From: Amoebophrya sp. A120
Taxonomy: Eukaryota > Protista > Dinoflagellata
Direction: 5' to 3'
DNA: 64,000 bases
NCBI GenBank assembly: GCA_905178155.1
Contig: CAJINV010000005.1
Coordinates: 6,187,207 to 6,251,206 of the forward strand
The notes under the pieces were generated by a model. It worked only from the letters and a program-made list of their open reading frames with translations. It ran no database searches and was not told the origin of the DNA. The position numbers and the translations under genes are program-made. This document shows positions 1 to 14,000 of the stretch, one piece after another (the first letter of the stretch is position 1; each line of letters starts with the position of its first letter).

Positions 1-3000
1 GCTACTGCTGCTTGACATACCGGCCTGCGGCAGGGAGGACAGGAGAAAGGAACTACTACTGCTACTGCTGCTTACTTGTGGCGCGGGAGGACATTTACTA
101 CTGCTACTGCTGCTGGGGGCGCTTTCGCCGACTGCGATGTCATACCGCGGCGGGGTGGGGAGAAATACAGCGCTACTACTGTTACTGCTGCTACTGCTGC
201 ACAGCGGCGCCGGCGTGGGAGGAAGAGGGCCGGCGGCTGCGACAAGCCCGACGGCCGGCCGGAAGCTCGGGATGTTGTCACTGCTGAGGTGGAGGCTCCA
301 TAGCTGCTGCGCCGCGCCCTTGAAGAACACCATCAACGCGTCCACCAGCATGTAGTCGATGGGGGGGGCGAGGCCGGTAGTGTGGAAAAGGACGGCATTA
401 CTAGTATTCTTCGGGAGGTCGAGGCGTTGCTTGATTTTACTACTGAAGGCCGCGCTGATTTCTTTCTTGGCCGCGAGCGTGAAGAAGGGAAAAGTCACCA
501 CCGAGATGGAGGTGACTGCTGGATAGGCGAAGGCGTTCATCAACATTATCAGCTGCTTTACTCCCCACCCCTTCTCCGTCTGTAGGAAATCGAACTCCTT
601 GCCGACCTTGCGCAGCACCTCCTTCGCGTGAGCCCTGAAATTCATAGTGCCATCATAGATAACCCCGAGGCTCTTGCCTGTGCCTGTTGCTGATGCTGTG
701 CATGGCTTTGTTGCGTCATACATAATTCTGGAATGTTTCGCTGCATCAAAAAATATCTTTTTCTGCAAACCCTTCTCTTTCATGACGCCGGGCACCTTGT
801 CTGCCCCGGGGGATTCGTCTACTACAACTGTAATATCATCCGAATACGCACTGAGTACTTTCACAGCCTCTATCTCTAGCACGTCCAAGATCAATGCAAT
901 TGCATACCCATTCCATACTGACCCTGAGAGTGGCGAGCCTTGCGGCTTGCCCACCCAGAGGCAGTATGCCCGCCCTCCTGGTAACTTTATCTTTCGCATT
1001 TTGAGAAATCCGGCAACCGCAGCAACTTGTTGCTCGGGGCAGAGTCTCAGGCGAAGCTGCCCCAAAGTCTCAACGTGGCACACTATATCGAACCCACTAC
1101 AGCAATCGTTGAGAACTACGGAGCACTTGACATGCCTATAAATTCCATTAATCACAACTGCAGCGCTGAACTCTTTTCCATGCGCTTGCCTGTATGCGTT
1201 TGAAAATGGTGGCTGGACGCTAGGCCCCTTGCCATGGTATTCAGTTCCTGTCCATTTGTGTCCCTCAAGGAACAATGACTGACGTCTGTCCAGTATGTTG
1301 TCCAACAATTTCGAGAAAACGCTACACAAGCTAACTGGCCTCATCAACATCTCCAAAAAACATCCTCCCTCCACCTTCGGAACGGCTGCCATGGATATCA
1401 GTCGGCCTACCTTCGGGTAGCATCCGTATTCGACAAAGGAGGCAAGGCACTGGAAAAGCGCCCACCGCATCATCGGGCCGCAGTTCATGACCAGCTCGTG
1501 GGTCGTCATACAGAAGCCCGGCGCTCTCCCCTTCTCCAGTTTACGTATCGCGGCCTCCAGCTCCTGGAACTTCAGCGGCCAAACAACTCCGCCGTCAGTC
1601 ACGCTTCGTTTGCGGAGGTAGTCCCGTTCCGCGTCGCGCCACGCCGCCCCCACCTCGTCTTTGCTTGCCATCGCCACTCCAAATTCTTCGTAGACTTTGT
1701 AGGGCTTCTCGCGGAAGAAGGAGCGGATGACCCTGCACACTTCCGCGGGTGTGCGTGCCGCTTCGGCCTCCGTCGGGATGTCCTTCACCTTCTTGGCCTT
1801 CAGGAGTTTGTTGGCCTCGGACAGGGAGCGCACTGCTATGCCGGTGGTCCTCTCTAGGTAGGCGATCCGCGTAGCCTCATCGTTCTTGACCATAAGAGTC
1901 GGAAAGCCGGTCGACCACCGCGCTTTGCCTTTCCGCTCCTTCATCGCGGTCCAGTCAATCTCCTTGCGAGCGGCGGTGTCTACGTTGTCGCTTGGCAGTT
2001 CTACTCCTCCTCCAGCAACGGCTATCGGCCCACCTGGAACGGCTCTCGTGTCCGCTCCAGGCTTTTTATTACTCCCTTTCGTGAATTGCTCTGTTGCTAG
2101 TGCTGCCTACTTCTTCGTCTTCTCCCGCTTGAACTTCAGGGTCTCCATCGCGGCAGACCGAATACTATCCCGGATCCTCACGAGCGTGTCGTCAGCCGCG
2201 TCCACGCTAATCACCGCCCCCGGCATCCAGTCGTCAGGCGCAAGAATCTTCTGTGTCCAGTAGTCCTCCTTGGCTCCCGTCGCCCCGCTAAGATCAATCT
2301 TTCGGAATAAACTACTTGCTCTATCCTCGGCCGCCGCTCTGTATCTCATCCAGTCCTCGTCTTTCGCCTCGTCCATCAGGAACTTGATCCGGTTTTCGTC
2401 TTCAAAGGTTAGCGGCGGCTCGCATTCCCAGTCTGCAAGTTCTAGTAGATTCGGCCCTATCTTGAGTTCTGTCAGAAGCAGGTCGTGATCACTAGATGTC
2501 ATGCTTATTGTGTTCGTATTTTCATGCTCAAAGAATCTACTTTCGTAAACTATCATGTCGGGGGTGGAGGAGGATGACGGGCGGGTAGCCAGGCGCCCTC
2601 CATTTGCCTGTACCCAATTTCCTTCATGGTTCACGTTGGGCCCTAGTAGCTCTGCAACAATCTTCCCTGCCTTGTTGGCAGTGAAGTCTCTCCTCGTGCC
2701 ACCTGCGTCCCACTTCGCGTGCCTTGCATTCAGGTCGCCTAGAAGGATGGTGGGCAGCTCCGTCTCCGGGTGGACGGGCAGCAGGGCCTCGGTCAAGTTC
2801 TCGGGTGGCGCGTAGATCCCTGCTACTGTTACTGGGTGGTCGTGGATGCGAACTATTGCTACTTTTCTCTCGCACTTCTGGTCCGCCTTGCAGAGAACGA
2901 CTTCGGGCAGGCCAAGCTCGACCCCGATCAGCAGCATGCTGGAGCACACATTTGTTCCTCGTCCTGATCGTTCGGCAGAGAAGGACGTGGTAGCCGCGTC

Positions 3001-3547
3001 TCGTCATCTTGTCAACCAGCCTGGACTTGTCCGCATCTAGCCAGGCTACATGCGTCTCATCTAGGTTGATTATGTTCAGCTCGACCTTGGTCTTCTTGTC
3101 GTCGAGAAACATGCAAAGTTCGTCCGTAGCAATCGGTGGCTGGTGCGCGGCGAGCACGTCCCGCCGCTGTGAAGTTGAATGCGCCGCCTGCATGTTCCAC
3201 GTCCCGACCGCTATCTTGTCAAACACCGGGCCCCTGGGGCTCTTGAACTTGGACATGATGAAGGTCGTGTCGAGCACCGCATTCTTCTCCGCTTCCAGCA
3301 GGGCCTGATAGTTCTTGTTGTTAGAAGGACGGCTTGCGTGTAGGTTCTGATAGTGTTGGGCCTCGTAGATTACTTCCGCCGAACACTCCACGCACTGCTT
3401 CGGGATTCTCGTGCAGTTCGGACGCGACTGCTTGGTGAGTGTCTGCCGGCAAACCTGTGAGTGGATGTCGATGACGGTGAGATCGTCGTGGTTCGCTATC
3501 CCGCAAATCCCGCACACGAAGTCGCCCAGACACGCCGAATCGAGCAT
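1..3547 (-). mobile_element. Non-LTR (LINE-type) retrotransposon, APE endonuclease + reverse transcriptase, degenerate; runs off the window start
   Basis: Minus strand encodes Cys/His motifs (CGICG..H..C; CVEC..H..H), APE/EEP motifs (TWNMQ, LDETH, ILLGDLNARH, TPDMIV, SSDHD) and an RT (MRPVSLCSVFSKLLD, KPQGSPLSG, YSDD at ~835-847). Frameshift near 2950; in-frame TAG at 2107-2109; frame open from 2106 to the edge with Ser-rich repeats. Confidence 0.92.
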
Positions 3548-5039
3548 CCGCTGCCTGTGAATGCCTGGATGATAATCTTCTCAACAAGTAGGACTGAAAC
3601 TGAAAACTCCTGTTTCAAACAGCACTCATTCCGTTGAGACGGAGAACCCAAAGCTCATCGATCGCGAAGAAAAGAATTCAAATTCAACGCCGTATAGAAT
3701 CATGCAAAGCACTAAGTTAAATGCGGAATGTTGAGCCAATTTGTCGTCCTCGGATTAATATACAACTAGAACTACTAGTAGTGCGAGCTGATTTAGATGA
3801 AGATTTAGTTCCAATAGAAAGTGTAGTTCTAGCTATTTTCATTCTCATCTTCGTGCGGAAAATGAAGGGGCCGGGCTATTAGCATGTGCATGGTCTGCTC
3901 GTCCACGCTTGCGGTGGTGGTGAAAGTCGCCTCCAGCTGCTGCCCCGATTCGTTGTTCCAAGTGGCGATCGTTGAATCTCGAAAATGGTAATGGGAATAG
4001 GAAAAGGCTTTAGTAATGCACCACTCAACTTCATCTTCAAAAAGATCCCGCAGCTCCACTGCGTCGAGACGGTGTGTGAGAAGGGAACATGAAGTAGCAG
4101 CAGCAAAAATGAGGTGGACAAGGATTGAGGAATTTTTCCATTCTTGCCTATCGTTCTTTCATGTCGTACTAGGGGAGTCGCGCCACCAACTCTTCTACTA
4201 CGGTAAATGCGTTGAAGATCTGAGAGCCACCCTTGCTGCTTCCATCGTACTATGGAGCCAAAGACCGCAAAAACTGAAACGAAAATAGACGCGCGGCTAA
4301 AAGTTGGCTGCAGCAACAGAGATGAGTCCAGCTGCTTCGAACAAATTTTGTTGTTCTTGCTGAAACAAAAACGCTACTTGCACGCACGACCACAGTGAAA
4401 ACTACTACCGCTGCCGGTCTCACAACAGTAAAGTGCGCGAATGGAAATTATGTCAAGACCTTTATTCTGGTGGATCCGATTTTCATTTCAGGACGCACGT
4501 GGGAGTCACAACTGTACAGCAGCACCTTAGATGGGTGGTAACGCATTTATTCATTTTCTTCCATTTACGCCTGCTGGTGTGCGTGCGAGACAACGGAACA
4601 CTTTTTCGAAGAAAGCACTGGTGACCTCCAGTGAGATGACGAGCTATCGAATCGTCAACCGTACTGCTGGGCGTAGCGCTAGCAGATTATTTTGAATAGC
4701 TGGGATAATTTGGGGGTGGGTTCCCAATCATCTAAGTAAGTAGCTACAGCACAGTGGCCGGGTAATGTCGAAGTTTTGTTCTCTATCGTATTTCTGGAGC
4801 TCATGTATCGCACGGGGGCGGGGCTCGTCACTAATATCACAGTCTAAGGAGCATCAGCATGCAACTACGTCCAATTTAAATAAAAACTCATCATGAGGAC
4901 AAATCGGCTTCAGCATTCGCTCTGTTCTTTCGTTCTCGTCTTTTAGTCACTTGCCTCACTATTCCTTCTGCATCTGGTCGCGTCTTTCTCCATTGGGAGG
5001 TGTTCGTCTAGCTAGTTTCAAAAGCAAAAGAAAAGTGAA

Positions 5040-8000
5040 CTATAAATATATACCCCCGGCGAGCCCGTGCAGGTTTGCAAACCGCTGGCGGCAGGCCTCG
5101 GTCATTTTCAAATAATCAACAGCAGCATCGTCCGTCGGTGCATTTCCATTTTCCACCTTCGCGATACAGTTTTTGCTCGGCGACTGGACCTGTTTCAAGA
5201 ACGCGATCCCCTTGCAGTCGCTATCCCGCGCGCACCAATCCAGGCAATCCTCGAACGTTTTAAACCCCGCGGGCTGCCCGTCGGCTGCGCTGCCCCCGGC
5301 AGCGTAGTTTTTTCCCACCTGCCGGATGCAAAAATTGTTCACGTCGTCAGTATCCCACGAAAAAACTGTTTCACTGTGATGATTTTGCAAGATCTGCATC
5401 ACAAGTTTGTTACACATGACACTGAAAATTTGTCATGCGCGCTGCCCAAGGGAAAACACGCTTGAAAATCCAATGTCTTGCAGGTCTAGCAAGACAAATA
5501 GTTCTGTGTTCCATTTTTCTGCATCACAAGTTCACAGTGAAACAGTTTTTTCTTGCGATAGTCAGGTTATGAAATGCAATGGTATCGTACAGCCAGTACT
5601 TGGCATTACAAATTTCCTTAGCATGACAAATGGAAGGTGTCATGCTGTTTTAGCTTAAGAAGGCGACTTGTCATGCATAATTGCGATTACTACGAGTGCG
5701 ATGCTTTTGCATTTCATACAGGTGGTGGGTAGAGCTCCTTCCGGACCAACGCGGTTGCAAAGTTGATGTTGTAGCCCGTCGTGACTTGGGGCGGTTTGCA
5801 TATGCATCGCAAAGAGGTCTGGGTCGGGAAGAGTGCAGGAGTTTGTCATGCTCATTTTGCATGACCCATGAGGCCTGTGATGCATGCCCTAGCATCAAAG
5901 ATTCTGCGAGGGTTTGTTTCTCATGGTCATGCCGCATGAGAAATCAATGCCCTCTCCGCGTAGCACAAATTGCACCTCTTTTGAATGCTGTTCATGCACT
6001 ACAAATTTTCTGCAGAATCCAAAGGTAGCATCACAAGTTGCATCCCCCCAGACCCAGACATATTTGCAAGGCATATTGCACCCCTTTACGCAGCAGTTGT
6101 TCGCCTTGTCGCATTCACTGTCTTCGTCCCGGGCGTGTGTACACCAAGGAATCAATATCCCCAGGAAATAAGATTTTCCCCCCGTACTTTTAGAAATACA
6201 AAAACATCAGCATCACATCTTCTGGTTTTTGCATGACAAAACTTTTCTCCAATCCTCCTGCTCAGCCTCTTCTTCTTCCCGAGTGTATGCATATTATGAA
6301 TGATCTCACGACCACTATTGCCAAGAAGTTGTTTGCGATGCATTTTGTCGTTTTTAGTTGTACTTGTGCGCGGCGTGGGGACGAAATACATTTCCATTGC
6401 ATAACCAGGCAGCTCATGTCATTGGTGGTCCAGGCTCCAGTTTCAAAATCCGCGGCCACCCGGCTCTGGTAAAAAGCCCCGTTGTTATGAAAGTGCACAA
6501 CTCCTCCTCCGCCTCGTTTGTATGGCATGAACAGCAATACAAACGCCCGTAGTCTTGAAGCCTGTGCATGACAAGTTCAAGTTCACCGGCCGAAGGTTGT
6601 ACTGTTTGGACTTCTGTTGAAATTTGTCATGCAAACAGTGCCACAGTGCAGCAAATGGATTTGCGGTTCTTTTGCATCACAAATGAGGGGGAGGAGTGGG
6701 AGTTGTGCACGCTCATAATTGTTTGGCTCCTGCCCGTGGCAGTAGTTGACGTGGTCACACTTCGCCCAGCACATTCTTTGTTCGTAGTACTCGTTGTCGA
6801 CACTCCAGTGAAAAGCGTTGGGACTCGCAGCCACATCTTGTGTATTCAGTACCCGGACCCCGAACTGCGCCGAATTTTCGCACGACGCGCAGCGTTCCGC
6901 GTGCGGCGCCGGGCAACCGGTGTCGGTCTTCGTGCCGTGGGCGCAGTCGCAAATTTCCGCGCAGCCCCGGCCTTGTAGCGGTTGTCCCGAACCCGGGCAC
7001 TTCAGCTGCAGAGTCCCCGTGTAGTCCGTGAAGTTTATCACGCAGAAAAAAGCAGGCAGGAGGTCACATTTGTAGTGCAACAGTGAATACTATACGTGTT
7101 GCATATCCCAAACAACATGCAGCCATGAGGCCGCCCATGACAGATTTTTCTGTGTATTTGTTTTGGCACTACAAATATGCCCTGGCTGCTTTTCTCTCTG
7201 GGATAGAGTTGCAGTGGTACAGATTGGTGTTTGCGACCCAGCCGCCGCCTGGGTACAGGCCGGCGCCCGTGTTGTAGTTCTGCCAAGAAATCACGCTGGT
7301 CCAATCCTGAGATGGGACCACATTATACTTGTGCACAAACAATGGATCTTCGGCACCCCCGACCGTGGGTACCACGCAGCCCTGCATACAGCAGGTAGCT
7401 TTATGCACTGCAAAAGTATCGCACTAGCATAAATTGCAATACAAATTTCCTCAGCATGAGGGATAAAATTTGTAATGCTGATTTACCTTAAGAGAAAGAT
7501 TTGTGATGCATGATTGCAATACGAGTACGATACTTTTGCATTGCATAAGCTTGGTCCCCTTGATCATCCCCGTCGCAATGCTGTCCGGCACACCGTAGGT
7601 TCGCGTGGTCTATCATATGCAAATATGTCTGGCTCTCGAAACTTGTGATGCAAATCTCGGAATGGTGGGCGCACTACAATATGCAGCCAAGCATGACAAG
7701 TTTTTGCACTGCCATGTGTTTCGTTTTCCGCATGGCAAACTGCGTTTTTGCATGACCGGCAAGAGGCCCCGTTCCTGCTTGCGCATTACAGATCTAGGAG
7801 TCATGCCAGACAAGCATGACAAGTCCTACATTCTTCCCGACCTAGACATTTTTGCAATTCATATGGTTGGCATTCGGCAGAAGGCCTCCGGGACACCAAT
7901 TTTCGGTTTTGAACCGCGTGCACCTTTCCTGACAACCGGCGAGGTGTATGGCGTTCTCAACTGTTCTTACATTCTCAGCTGTTACTTGGATTTGTGATGC

Positions 8001-11000
8001 AAGAATGGCAAAAGTGAAAGGGGGCACCTTGCGCGTCTTGCATGACAGATCTGGCAAAGATTCTCAGCCTGTTTGGCTCTTCGAGAATTTGTCATGCGAA
8101 GCAGCTTGATCGTGTCGATTCTGATTGTGATTTTGCATTACAAATCATCGTACAAGTTGAGAATGTAACATTTGAGAACGCCATAAGGAGCAGTTTCGTG
8201 TTGGGTGCTCCGCACGTGTAAGTTGCTGCACCCGCATGCGTGGCTGCGCACTGCAAGTGTGTCCACGTTTTCGCTTGATTCAGCTCCGGGTACGCCAAAG
8301 CTCTGCTCTTGAGCAAGTCATCTTCCCAATCTTTCCCGTTTAGTAATTCGTATCCAAAGGTATCCCCCGGCAGCGTGCACCTGTGCACGCAACACGCGCT
8401 CCGATCGGCTGTTCCGCAATGGTTGTCTGCACAGTGCGCGGTATCGTCCTGTACTAGAAAATAGCTAAAATCCGTCCCGCAACTAGCGTCCGGGTCGGTT
8501 TTGCACAGTTCCTGACAGCGGTCGGTCTGAATTTCCAGATCTTGCCCCGACCCCAAACACCTGACCTCGCGACTCAGCCCCTCGGCTTGTACGTGGGTGG
8601 TACTATCGCAGGTGATCCGCGAACTGGCTGTAGCCCAGCTGGCTGTGGCTTTGGGGTAGGCGAGGGCTGGGTCTTGGATCACATCAAGCCAGGTGGTCAC
8701 CGCAACGAAGCCGTATTTATCACTGTCTGCAGGGTTCACCACACACCCTTGGACACAGCAGGCTGCCTCATCCCCGGTGTATGTACTCTCATCCACACAG
8801 TGCTGCCCGGAGCAGGTCAATGCGGCGCGGTTTTCGTGTGGTAAGTAGCCGCTGTTGCACCAGTCTGCAGTTTCGAACTTCGTACAGCGTTCCTTGCAGC
8901 CGGTCAGCTCTAAAGCTGTATTAGCAGCTGCACACTCATACTGCGCAACGCCCGCATGGGAGCTCGAACACTCCAAATGCGCCCAGGATTGAAACTGACC
9001 GGCAGAACCCCCCGGGTAGGTCAGAGTGGAATTTCGCAGCAAATCGGCGACCCAATCTTTCCCGTCTTTCAGTTGGTATCCGACGGGGTCTGTCGGTGGT
9101 AAGCACCGCTGCACGCAGCACTTATTTCTGTCGGTAAGCGCGCAGTGGTTGTCAACGCAGTACATATCGTTATCAGGGGAAAGAAGGAAAAAGTCGCCCG
9201 TGACGCCGCAACTGGCCTCGTGTCCTGTCTTACACTTCTCACGGCAATACGCAGTTTTGATTTGTAATTTCTGCCCGCTCCCGGCACAGAAGGTTTCCGG
9301 GGTGCCGGAACCACTTGTTACGTGCGTCTGCGTATCGCAGGAAAGCAGTGAGCCCGCATCGGCCCAAGCGGCGGCACCAGGGTAGGCACTCGCTGCGCTT
9401 TCTCGCACGGTGAGCCAATCCGGAGTGGCAACGAAACCATACTTATCGTTACTCGTGGGGTCGATGCAGCCTTCGATGCAGCAGGTTGCGTGGTCGGTTG
9501 TCTGGTCGCAGTACTGCCCCGCACAGGTGAGAGACGCGTGATTCGACCTGGGTAAATAGCCGGGGGCAGCACTACTGCACCAGTCTGCATTTTTGAACTT
9601 CGTACAACGCTCCTTGCACCCTTGGAGGTGTAAAGCTGTATTTGGGCTCGCACACTTGTACTCCGCCGCGCCGTCGTGCGTCGCGGCACATTGCAAGTGT
9701 GCCCACGTTTATCGAAGGAAAAAACTGTTTCACTGTAAACTTGTGGTGCAGAAAGTGTATTGCAGAGAGGTGTTTGTCTTGCTACACATGCAACAAGACA
9801 TTGTAATTTCAAACGTGTTTCCCTTAGGAACCTCCCAGTTTCCCTTAGGAACCACGCATGGCACATTTTCTATAGTGGAACAAACTTGTGCTGCAAAACT
9901 TGCAAAGTCCTTACAGTGAAACACTTTTTTCGTAGGATAACGTTTTCACTTGATTCTCCGGGTACGCCAAACCCCGGCTCTTGAGCAGATCTTCCTCCCA
10001 ATCTTTTCCGTTTACCAACTGGTACCCAAAGCTATCCCCCGGCAGCGTGCACCTGTGCACGCAACAGGTGGTGCGGTCGGTGGTGCGGCAGTGGTTGTCT
10101 GCGCAGTAGGCGGTGTCGTTTTGGACAAGGAAATGCAGCGAATCCGTACCGCAACTAGCGCTTGGATCCGTTTTGCAGTACTCCCGGCACCGGTCGGCTT
10201 TCAATTTCAAGGGCTGATGCGATCCCGTGCACCACGTTTCGGGAGGACTGCTCTGTGAAGGCATGATGGCCACATGCGTCGCAGAAGAACAGCCGACGCG
10301 GGAGTCTGCGGTCGCCCAAACAGGGGCTCCGGAGCCGGTTGTCGGGTGTATCACATGTAAAAAGGTCCCCACCCCGTAGTCAAGTTGGGAACTTAGCAAG
10401 ACGAGTCGAGAAGTTTTGGGAGCCACGCATGACAAGTTGCAGTCCGTACTGTAGTGCATGGTAGCAAGGGCACCCGCTTCAGAAATCCATCTGCTTATCC
10501 TGTTTACAGCATTACAAATTCCAAAACGAGATTGGAAATGCCTCTCATGTTGGAGATGCGCGTTACAAATCTTCCTGTAATCGCAAATCTGCATAACAAC
10601 TATGGGGTGGGGGCGTTTTTACTCAGGATAGGGTAGGCCAGCGCCGGGTCCTCGCGGACATCGAGCCAATTTATCCTGTGCGAATGTATCGCACTTCTAA
10701 TCGCAGTCATGCAAGACAAATTTCTTTTTCAAGCTAAATCAGCATGAGAAATTCCATTTGCCATGCTGATCTAAATATGTATTGCAATACCACGAGTGCG
10801 AGTACGATACTTTTGCAATGCATACAATTGGCCACGAAGCCATACCGGTCACTCTCGGAGGGGTCCAGGCAGCCTTCCACGCAGCACTGCGCCTTCTCCT
10901 CCGACGAGGTACCGAATCCTGTGCAAAAGCGTTCCCAACATCCCAGAGTTGTCATGCAAATGCGCAATGATAGGAACATCTGTATTGCGAAGCTCCATGA

Positions 11001-14000
11001 GAGGCATTTCCAGTCGTGTTTTTGCGTTTGTGATGCTGTAAACAGGATGAGAAAGCGGCTTTCCCATGCGGCTTTCCATGCTAGCCAGGACTACACTGCC
11101 GAGGGAAACTTGTCATGCAGAACTTCCAAGACTTGGAGATTTGTGTCGTAGACTTCCCATCTTGAGCTTGACTATGTTGGTGTGGGGACGTTTTTGCATA
11201 GGATATGCCGCAGGTTTCCGTGACACAGGCCAGGCTCGCCGCGTTTGCCTTTTGCAGGTACCCGGGAAAGTGGTCTTTGCACATCACTATGGCGTTCTCA
11301 AACTTTAGACTCTCAACTGTTACACGCATCTGTGATGCAAGAACAGCAAAAGCGAAAGGGACAACGGGAAGTAGATTGCGCGTTTTGCATTACAAATATG
11401 GAACAGATTACTATCATGTTGCTGCTTAACCCTCCGACAGTTTGTCATGCGAAGCACCGTAAAGCAATTTTGCATGACAAATCTATGTAACAGTTGAGAG
11501 TGTAGTAACGTTTGCGCACAACGCCATAGTCAAGTGATTGCACATTTGGTTTTTCTGGCAGCAGCGCTCCTTCTGGTTGCCGCTGCAGTCGTGGTTCGTG
11601 CAGCGCAGGGCGTCCGGATTGGGTTGCAAGTGGTAGTAGTCCTGCCCGGCTACGTCATAGTCACTGCAGGCTATCCAGGAAAAAAGACCTATCTCCAATT
11701 TGTCATGCAAAACATGCATAAAGTCCAGTGTTTGTCATGCCAAAAATGGATGGGGATGGGTGTTCTTTCCTGGATACAGGTCACCCCCGCGCTACACCTC
11801 ATCCGGCAACAGGTCGCTTGTTCGCTACTGACGCAGCGATTTTTGGCACAGGGGTGGTCATCCTGGCGCGGCAGCTGATTCGCGGCGCACACGCCCGTGG
11901 AATGCTTGCACTTCTCCCCGCAACGGGCCAATTTCAGGCCGAGCGGCAGGCCTTCGCCTTTGCACCGCAGCAGCGGATTGCCAACAAGGCTCACGTGGGT
12001 GGGGGCGCACTCCAGCTGGGTGCTTATGAACTGCAAAAGCATCGCACTAGTATGAATCGCATGACAAACTTCCTCAGCATGAGAACTAAAATTTGTAATG
12101 CGGATTTAAGTTGAGAAAGAAATTTGGAATGCATGACTGCGATTACTACGAGTGCGATACTTTTGCACAGGATAGTGCTTGCATCGAACCAATCATTCAA
12201 GCCTAAGTTGTATCAACTGCAAATATGAAGTCTGGGTCTGGATGAGTCCAGATGTCTGTGATGCTGGTTGTGCATGACCGAGAAGGTCTGCCATGCAAGC
12301 GCTAGCATCACAAATTGTGAGAAGCAGAACGCTTCTCAATGCCTATCCCGCAGAACAAATTCCCACTTTCCTTCGGCGACAAGAAGTGCGCAACTTTTGC
12401 TCTCCGTGCACGACAGATTTTTGTGTGATCTAAAACGCGCATCACAAGGTCGCACTCCACTTCCAGACCCAGACGTATTTGCAAAGCATAAGCTGGGATC
12501 TGGGTAGGCCAGTGTACTCGACTCGCGGATTTTCAGCCACGTCCAGCCGTTTCTCAAAGTGAAGCCGTAGGGATCCGCAGGGTCCGCGCAGCCTTCGACG
12601 CAGCAGCGAGACCGCTCGGCCACTGCCGTGCTGGAGGTGTCGCAGGGCTCGCTTTCGCAGCTCAGAGTTGCGGCGTTGCTCCGTTGCAAATACCCATCCC
12701 AAATGCTCCCGCAGGGAACGTGGCTGCACTTTTGGTTGTCTTCGCAGCAGCGGGCTTCGTCATTGGCTAGCGTGCAGACGGCATTCGCGCACGCGGTACT
12801 GGATGCCTGGTCCTTGTGGTGCTTGTATTGCGGACAGACCAGGGAAACAGTGCACACGTCGTTGGACTCGCAACAGGTGCCCTGATCCTGACTCGGCGTG
12901 CAGGTAGCGGCCGCACAATGCTGCTGCGCCGCGTTATCTATCTGGTGGGTGAAGGGTCCACAGGTGAGATTGTCACACGTCTCGTTCTCTTCGCAACACT
13001 CGTCTAGTTGACACTGGCTGCTGGCGCACACAAACGTCGTCGCCTGCACCAAGTGGTGGGTGCCGGGCGGGCAGACGCTGGCCGAACAGTAGTCGTTAAG
13101 ATCGCAGCAACGATCTCGGTGCGCTGTGTTCGTACCGAGATTGCAGCTGTGGGCGCCGCAGGTAAGCATTCCGGTAAGATCGTTCTTTTTATGGTAGTTC
13201 GCCGGACAGTTTCCCGCGTGGCTGCACTTCAAGAAGCAGCACTTGGCGTCGGTGCAAACGCCATGGGTGCAGGAGCGGGTCCCCTGCAACTGATAGCCCA
13301 CGCCACATGTGATGCCCTGGTCCGCATCGTTGCATTTGTGATCGCCTTCGCAACAAATGTCCTGGTTCTCCTCGCTGCTACTGCAACTCGCGGTCTTGCA
13401 AACTGTACTGCCCGCCTGTGGGATCAGGTGCGTGCCAGCATCGCACGTCAGCGTGTCACACTTCGCATTCTGCAGGCAGCACTCGCTTATGGTGCAGACC
13501 TTTGCCGCGCACGTCGTGGCACTTTTGGCAGGGTCAAAGTGGTGCGTGTCCGCGGGGCAGACGCCAGGGTCGCAAGTTGGATTTGCGTTGCAACACTGAC
13601 CCCGCTGCGCGACGGAATTCTGCAGATCGCACTGGTACGCCCCGCAGTTAATCGTGTCTGGGTTGTCTTTTTGGTGGTATCCTGCCGGGTATCAAATGCA
13701 AATTTGTCTGGGTCTGGAAAAGTGCAACGTTTGTCATGCACGTTTTGCATGACGCATGAGGTCTGTGATGCATGCCCTGGCATCACAGATTCTGTGAGAT
13801 CTTTGCCATGCCTTCTCCGCATGAGAAACTGCCTCTCGGCTTGCTCAAAAGTGGACAGCGTTATTGGTAATCACGCAACACAGGTTTTTGCATGATTCAG
13901 ATTTAGCATGACAAACTGTACTCTACCAGACCCAGACATATTTGCAATGCATACCGGGCAAGCGCCCGCCGCGCTGCACTTTTCCCGGCAGCACAGTGCC

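Noticed and set aside
13008-13895. 295-aa plus-strand ORF (also 15522-16256, 54274-54906)
   Set aside because: Antisense shadows of minus-strand coding exons.
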